From: Macrostomum lignano
Taxonomy: Eukaryota
Direction: 5' to 3'
Length of the DNA: 40,970 nucleotides
NCBI GenBank assembly: GCA_002269645.1
Contig: NIVC01000348.1
Location: 1-40,970, forward strand
The position numbers were made by a program, and so were the translations under genes. The notes under the pieces are model-generated. The model did no database searches. It was not told the origin of the DNA and was given only the letters and a program-made list of their open reading frames with translations. The first letter of the stretch is position 1, and every line of letters starts with the position of its first letter. Shown piece after piece: positions 11,984 through 40,970 of this stretch.

Positions 11984-12312
11984 TTATAGCATAGAAACAC
12001 TCATTGGAAAGTAAATTTTATATTTTTTTATTGATAATAAGCTTTATTTTCTAACCAAAATACTTTAATTCTTTTTTTCAGAACATTGCATCAATTTTTA
12101 TGATTAGTTCATTTTTCTATTTTTTATTTGCTCATTGGAGCCCCTAATAAAGATTCTCCTCACCTTAAAACCCCATATCACATGCCCTGGTGGTTGGTGG
12201 TTATTGCCCCCCCCCCCCCCCCCTTGGCCTCATCAGTCATCAGACCCCTCTTGAATTTGGAATTTACCTAGGCCCACCTAATCTTCAATAGACCCCCATC
12301 CCTCTATTGAAG

Positions 12313-12503
12313 TTTAGGTAGATAAAATCAATTCCCATGAATTGAAGATTCTCCCTACCCAAAAACCTCCCATTCCCCATGCCCCCGTAGTTGGCTTTAA
12401 GCTACAAAAAATAAAGCTCAAATTTGAAATCAGCACTATCAAAAACCCCTATAGAGACAAAATTATGATCTTATCAAAACTGCAACTATTTTATCTACCT
12501 AAA
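12313..12503. repeat. Perfect 16-bp inverted repeat pair
   Basis: TTTAGGTAGATAAAAT (12313-12328) and ATTTTATCTACCTAAA (12488-12503); no flanking TSD seen. Confidence 0.7.
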
Positions 12504-12893
12504 GACTATAGTAAAGTTCAGGAAGTCCAACTTATGAGTTATGACTACAATTGACATTTTCAACGCATTTTCTCTATATTAGGCCTATAATACGAAACCA
12601 TAAAACAATATACTTCGCTACCAGGATGGTATCAAGTATTGCATTTTCAGTATTTCATTAGAACACAAACTAAAAATGACTTACCATTGCATTGGCATAT
12701 CCAAAATTTGTCCATCATTAAACAAAAGAATAGGCCTAAGATAAGAGTAAGACTCAACAATCAAACTAAAGCTGCACCGCCAGTGTCTGTGTAATTTAAA
12801 TCGTAGTCCGAATCACATTGGGTGCACGCCCAAACAAAAACCGATAGTTTCAAAAATGCACGCCGTAAAAAATTAAGTGGTGTGACAGTCGTG

Positions 12894-13281
12894 CAGTGGC
12901 GTACACAGGATTTTGAAAGGGGGGGGACTTTTAAGGACAAAATTTTTGAGTAATAAAAAAGTTTTTGTGCATTTTTTCCAAAAAATATGCATTAAAAAGT
13001 ACCAAAACCATGTTTTTGGGCTCAAAAAACTTTATTTTGTTAAAATCAAATAAATTCGGCAGACGTCTGTTCTATCTTCGACAGTTTAGGAACTAGGGAT
13101 TCGCGGAAATAATCGTTTAAAACATTTTAATAGTAATTAGGGGTAAAATAGGCCATTTTTGCAATTTTGCTGCGTCTATGCCGCTTTATTTTGCATTTTA
13201 TTCAAAAATCCTTATTTTCGTTTTATATAAATCATCAAAATGGGGGGATATATCCCCGGTATCCCCCCATTTACGCCACTG
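12894..13281. mobile_element. Non-autonomous hAT-type MITE (CAGTGGCGTA termini)
   Basis: 10-bp TIR CAGTGGCGTA / TACGCCACTG, G-run subtermini, AT-rich non-coding interior of 388 bp. No TSD recognisable. Confidence 0.65.
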
Positions 13282-13300
13282 ACTGCACGCCCAATTCTTA

Positions 13301-13560
13301 GGGCCTTTTCATATTACCAATTCCAGAACCAGAATCGGTTTGGAATTCCAAGAAAAACAGCAGTATAACTATTAAACTCTGTTAATATTTGACTGCCTTA
13401 ACAACCTCACTTAGCACAATTTTTAACATTCTTTTTGGCGATTGTCATTCAATAATAAAAACTTTATAGCACGTATCTCCCTCTAGTTATGGAGACAAAA
13501 AGTTATACTTCACAAATTGGTTCTGGTTCTGGAACCAGAACAAGCAATATAAAAAAGCCC
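13301..13560. mobile_element. PIF/Harbinger (Tourist-like) MITE, 260 bp
   Basis: TIR GGGCCTTTTCATATT vs reverse complement GGGCTTTTTTATATT (13/15). TTA TSD at 13298-13300 and 13561-13563. Internal inverted TTCCAGAACCAGAA motifs. Confidence 0.75.
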
Positions 13561-14712
13561 TTAAAACTACGCCGGACAATAAATGACCTTTTTACGTTGT
13601 GACAATAAATCACCTTTTTCATTGCGTAATAGACCCATTTCAGCAGCTAATTTAGTTAATTCTTCTACTTGGCCGCACTATTTACAGTGAAAAATTTATA
13701 CATGCAACGATTCGTTTAAATGCCTTATTACAGACTTCAAAACCCAGAAAGCGCGAATTTTACGCCTAAATATGAACTCTTTTCGCCTTTTCTTACTTCA
13801 CAATAACTCTCTGCGTGATTCTATAAAGTGCGCACGCCAGGCGTATTTTCTTAGGAGTGATACACGCCAACCTGTGCACGCCTTCTTTTGGCGTGCAAGG
13901 GCCAATGCACGCCCGAATTTTCGGGTGTATCTACCACATGATCCGGAGTGTGGCATTTAAAATAAAGGCAGACTTCGATCCATGGTCTCATCCAGCAGTA
14001 TGCTAAATTTGTATTATTGATAATGCAGACACTAAGTGTGTATAGATTTCTTGAGGCCGACTCCATTTAGTTTTCTTGAGGCCGACTTTAAAAGGTAGAA
14101 ACTTGGAGTCCGCCTGTTAACCTAGGTTTGCTGTTATCCTACTTCCCATGCATTTACTACAATAACTTTTTGTGGTTGAAAAATCCAACTAATCGATAAT
14201 TTGAATTCCACACGCTTTATTTCTATCGGACGCGGCATCCAAACTATCATACGTCTTGCTGCTTTTCTTTTACGTCTACTAATTGTTAGTAGAATTGCAC
14301 GAGTGTAACCAAAGAAGGATCATTGCATGTACATTTAGTACTCTAGGGCTTTGGCGAACTAAGTTCTTTAAGTATGTGTAACATGTGAGTATTGACAGTG
14401 AATGTGTCAAATCATTCTTGAAAGCATATAGGCCGTAAATGTCCATGAATATTTACATTTTTGAATGGCTTACAAAAAATAAACGTTTTAGGCCTGTCAA
14501 AGGGCCCATTTAGGGGCTTACTAACTTGCAGAAACAAAGTTTAATTAACAATATCCTAATTAAATCGATTTATCTCAAATCGTATCTGGATTGCAGATCA
14601 ATTGCACTTTTTACAGATAGTAACTTACTTGAATCAGAAATTGATCATTTTCATTTCACGTACAGTGTAGATTTGTCGAATAACACTTAATTCATAATTC
14701 TGTACTCATGTG

Positions 14713-16028
14713 CATGGAGCTTCGCCACGGGGGGGGGGACAGCAGTAAAAGCTGTGGGCGGACATGACAGTGCTTTGTCCCTCCACCCCTCCGTTGTGCT
14801 AATCAATAATTTTTCTTCAGGGCGCCAAAAATATGGCGCCTTTGGCTCCAAAATAAGTGCCTGCGGCGCTTAAAGGAATGCCTGCGGCGCTAAAATGAGT
14901 GCCTGCGGCCCCAAAATGAGTGCCTGCGGCGCCATAATGAGTGCCTGAGGCGCTAAAAGGAATGCCTGATGCGCTAAAATGAGTGCCTGCGGCGCCTAAA
15001 TGAGTGACTGAGGCGCTAAAAGGAATGCCTGATGCGCTAAAATGAGTGCCTGCGGCGCCTAAATGAGTTCCTGCGGCGCCATGAGTTCCTGCGGCGCCTA
15101 AATGAGTTCCTGCGGCGCCATGAGTGCCTGCGGCGCCAAAATGAGTGCCTGCGGCGCTAAAAAAATGCCTGATGCGCTAAAATGAGTGCCTGCGGCGCCA
15201 AAATGAGTGCCTGCGGCGCCATGGGTTCCTGCGGCGCCAAAATGAGCGCCTGCGGCGCCATGAGAGCCTGAGGCGCTAAAAGGAATGCCTGCGGCGCCAA
15301 AATGAGTGCCTGCGGCGCCAAAATGAGTGCCTGCGGCGCCATAATGAGTGCCTGCGGCGCTAAAAAGAATGCCTGATGCACCAAAATGAGTTCCTGCGGC
15401 GCCAAAATGAATGCCTGCGGCGCCATGAGTGCCTGAGGCGCTAAAAAGAGTGCCTACGGCGCCAAAATGAGTGCCTGTGGCGCCTAAATGAGTGCCGGCG
15501 GCGCTAAAAAGAATGCCTGATGCGCCAAAATGAGTGCCTGAGGCGCTAAAAAGAGTGCCTACGGCGCCAAAATGAGTGCCTGTGGCGCCTAAATGAGTGC
15601 CTGCGGCGCTAAAAAGAATGCCTGATGCGCCAAAATGAGTTCCTGCGGCGCCAAAATGAGTGCCTGCGGCGCCAAAATGAGTGCCTGCGGCGCCAAAATG
15701 AGTGCCTGCGGCGCTAAAATGAGTGCCTGCGGCGCCAAAATGAGTGCTTGCGGCGCCATAATGAGTGCCTGCGGCGCCAAAATGAGTGCCTGCGGCGCCA
15801 AAATGAGTGCCTGCGGCGCCAAAATGAGTGCTTGCGGCGCCATAATGAGTGCCTGCGGCGCCAAAATGAGTGCCTGCGGCGCCAAAATGAGTGCCTGCGG
15901 TGCTAAATTGAGTGCTGACAACACCGATTCTGAAAATAATGTACATGTAGAAATCTAGACGTGTACATGTATATGTATAATTGTTGGCTTTGCCCCCCCC
16001 CACTATAAAATCCATGGCGACGCCCCTG
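14713..16028. mobile_element. Probable hAT-type MITE (CAGGGGCGTCGCCA terminus) enclosing a minisatellite
   Basis: Right end TGGCGACGCCCCTG (to 16028) with an adjacent poly-C run; degenerate left end CATGGAGCTTCGCCACGG with an adjacent poly-G run. TSD is doubtful (CTCATGTG vs CTGTGTGT). Confidence 0.5.
14820..15905. repeat. 21-bp minisatellite (GCCTGCGGCGCCAAAATGAGT)n, ~50 units
   Basis: Direct reading, with recurrent variant units. Produces the spurious AAGTHFG / APQALIL / MSACGAK ORFs. Confidence 0.95.
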
Positions 16029-16542
16029 CTGTGTGTAGTTGCTGCAGTGCAGCGAACCGCCCGTACTCGAGAGCATTAAGCTGCTCCATATTATGCAGCT
16101 GAGCAGTCATAGAGAACTTTGCATGACAGGTAAGGAATGGAATCGGCCCCAATGGCGGCCGCGCAGACTGAGTCAAAATGCGCCAACCTTGTAAAATATG
16201 AGCACCCCGGCCACAGAATTTTAAACTTAGATCTAGGAAATTCTGCACTAATCAGGGGATCTTCAACACTCAATGTGCGGAGTTTAGCAATGTTTCAAAT
16301 CCAATAAAATAGAGGTAGTGATGGAAACTCAGAGAAAATTTTGAAGTTTAAAAATAATATTATGGTTGCTTCGTAGAGCCATATGACTACTGCTTATCTG
16401 CAACTCCAAGATGTAGATTTTGGGTCTCTTTGCGTTATGGTGTACGCAAATTGAGTTTTAAACGGCCAACAAACACCTAAGCCAGAGTGAGACCCATTGT
16501 CAGCTGCCCTAAGCTCTCTGCTGCCCCCTCTAACCGTTTGGC

Positions 16543-16557
16543 GTTGCCAATAGCAAC
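16543..16557. promoter_or_regulatory. RFX X-box (GTTGCC-AAT-AGCAAC) upstream of the dynein gene
   Basis: Matches GTNRCC-N(0-3)-RGYAAC; lies ~700 bp upstream of the dynein ATG. RFX control of ciliary genes is established. Extra half-sites (TAGTGAC, GTTGCTA) at ~16969-16983. Confidence 0.7.
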
Positions 16558-17241
16558 TCAACCCCGCCAAAACGAGCAGTCTGCCTGCTGAGGAGGTGCA
16601 GTTGAGAACCGAGCAGAGGCAGAGGTGCAGTGCCTTTCTGTGCGCCGCTTCTCAAGCAATAAAAATATGAAGAACGGAGCAGCACAAACCGATGAAGGGG
16701 TTTTAGGGTGCGCCGTATTTTAGCTGCGCTTTTCTCGCACGGCTGAGCCCAGCAGCCTCACCTCATCTCACTCGGCATCATTATTTGTGCATCAATGCTG
16801 TACTTAGTCAGAGTAAGCTTTAGTTAAACTGAATTTCAATTGTATTCAAACTGTAGAGATTGTGTCGACGCTGAGGGGGGGAGGGGGTTTGAGATGAATA
16901 AGTGTGCAAGTGGAGCAGTATCTAAATTCTATCTGGTTAATGTGTCTATGGGTGTGCGCTTCGCGCCTTAGTGACAGTTGCTAACCAAAATTCTCGTCTC
17001 TCTTCTGCTTCTTCTCGCGGCGCGGAGGGAGGGTAGGACGGCGGCGAATGGGGCCGACCTGGCAGGCAAGGCTGGAGAGCAGGTAATTATAAGCAGGCCT
17101 CGTTCGTGCCGCCAGGAGCGGCCCCCTTTCCTTGCATTTGCCTTGGATCCGTAGATCTGAGACAGACCCTCCGATCTCGACAGATATTAACTGAGTTAAC
17201 TCACTGCTGGCATCCCAGTGCGGAGCAGCATCAGCGACGAC

Positions 17242-40921
<23,680 letters not shown>

Positions 40922-40970
40922 TTAATTGATTGTGTTTTATTGAGGCCAGAACTGCGGTCTCTTTGTTTTA

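Noticed and set aside
413-12576. Termini for the older hAT-like element
   Set aside because: CAATTG...TTTTCTCTATAT occurs at ~578-621 and ~12548-12579 but in direct orientation. The TAGAGAA candidate at 413 matches poorly and has no TSD. Ends not identified.
15098-16015. 305-aa AAGTHFG-repeat ORF and sister frames as a protein gene
   Set aside because: A by-product of a stop-free 21-bp minisatellite, open in several frames, with no splice or unique-domain support.
16003-16248. Divergent gene sharing the X-box promoter
   Set aside because: Short ORF running into a MITE end, with no recognisable homology or convincing splice structure.

Overview
Eukaryotic (metazoan-type, spliceosomal GT-AG introns) genomic DNA in three parts. 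(1) 1-12.6 kb: two DDE-transposase genes on the + strand. The first is an older, decayed, spliced hAT-like transposase pseudogene (1406-4695). The second is a 6.1-kb DNA transposon with both ends intact (5857-11983; perfect 16-bp TIRs TAGGGGGTCCAGTGAG, 7-bp TSD TTATAGC). It carries a six-exon, ~1144-codon transposase with intact D/D/CxxH/E motifs, an RG-repeat linker and a C-terminal Spindlin/Tudor-like domain, and is interrupted only by two in-frame TGA codons. (2) 12.6-16.1 kb: a cluster of MITE-like elements, one holding a 1.1-kb 21-bp minisatellite. (3) 16.5-40.9 kb: a complete 23-exon outer-arm gamma-type axonemal dynein heavy chain gene (DNAH5/DNAH8 clade, ~4600 aa) with an RFX X-box upstream and introns filled with distinct mini- and microsatellites. 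About 13 single-base indels, all in the 3' third of the dynein CDS and mostly in short homopolymers, look like long-read assembly errors rather than gene decay. Exon coordinates were derived by hand from splice signals, phase continuity and recalled similarity to DNAH5; no database search was run.
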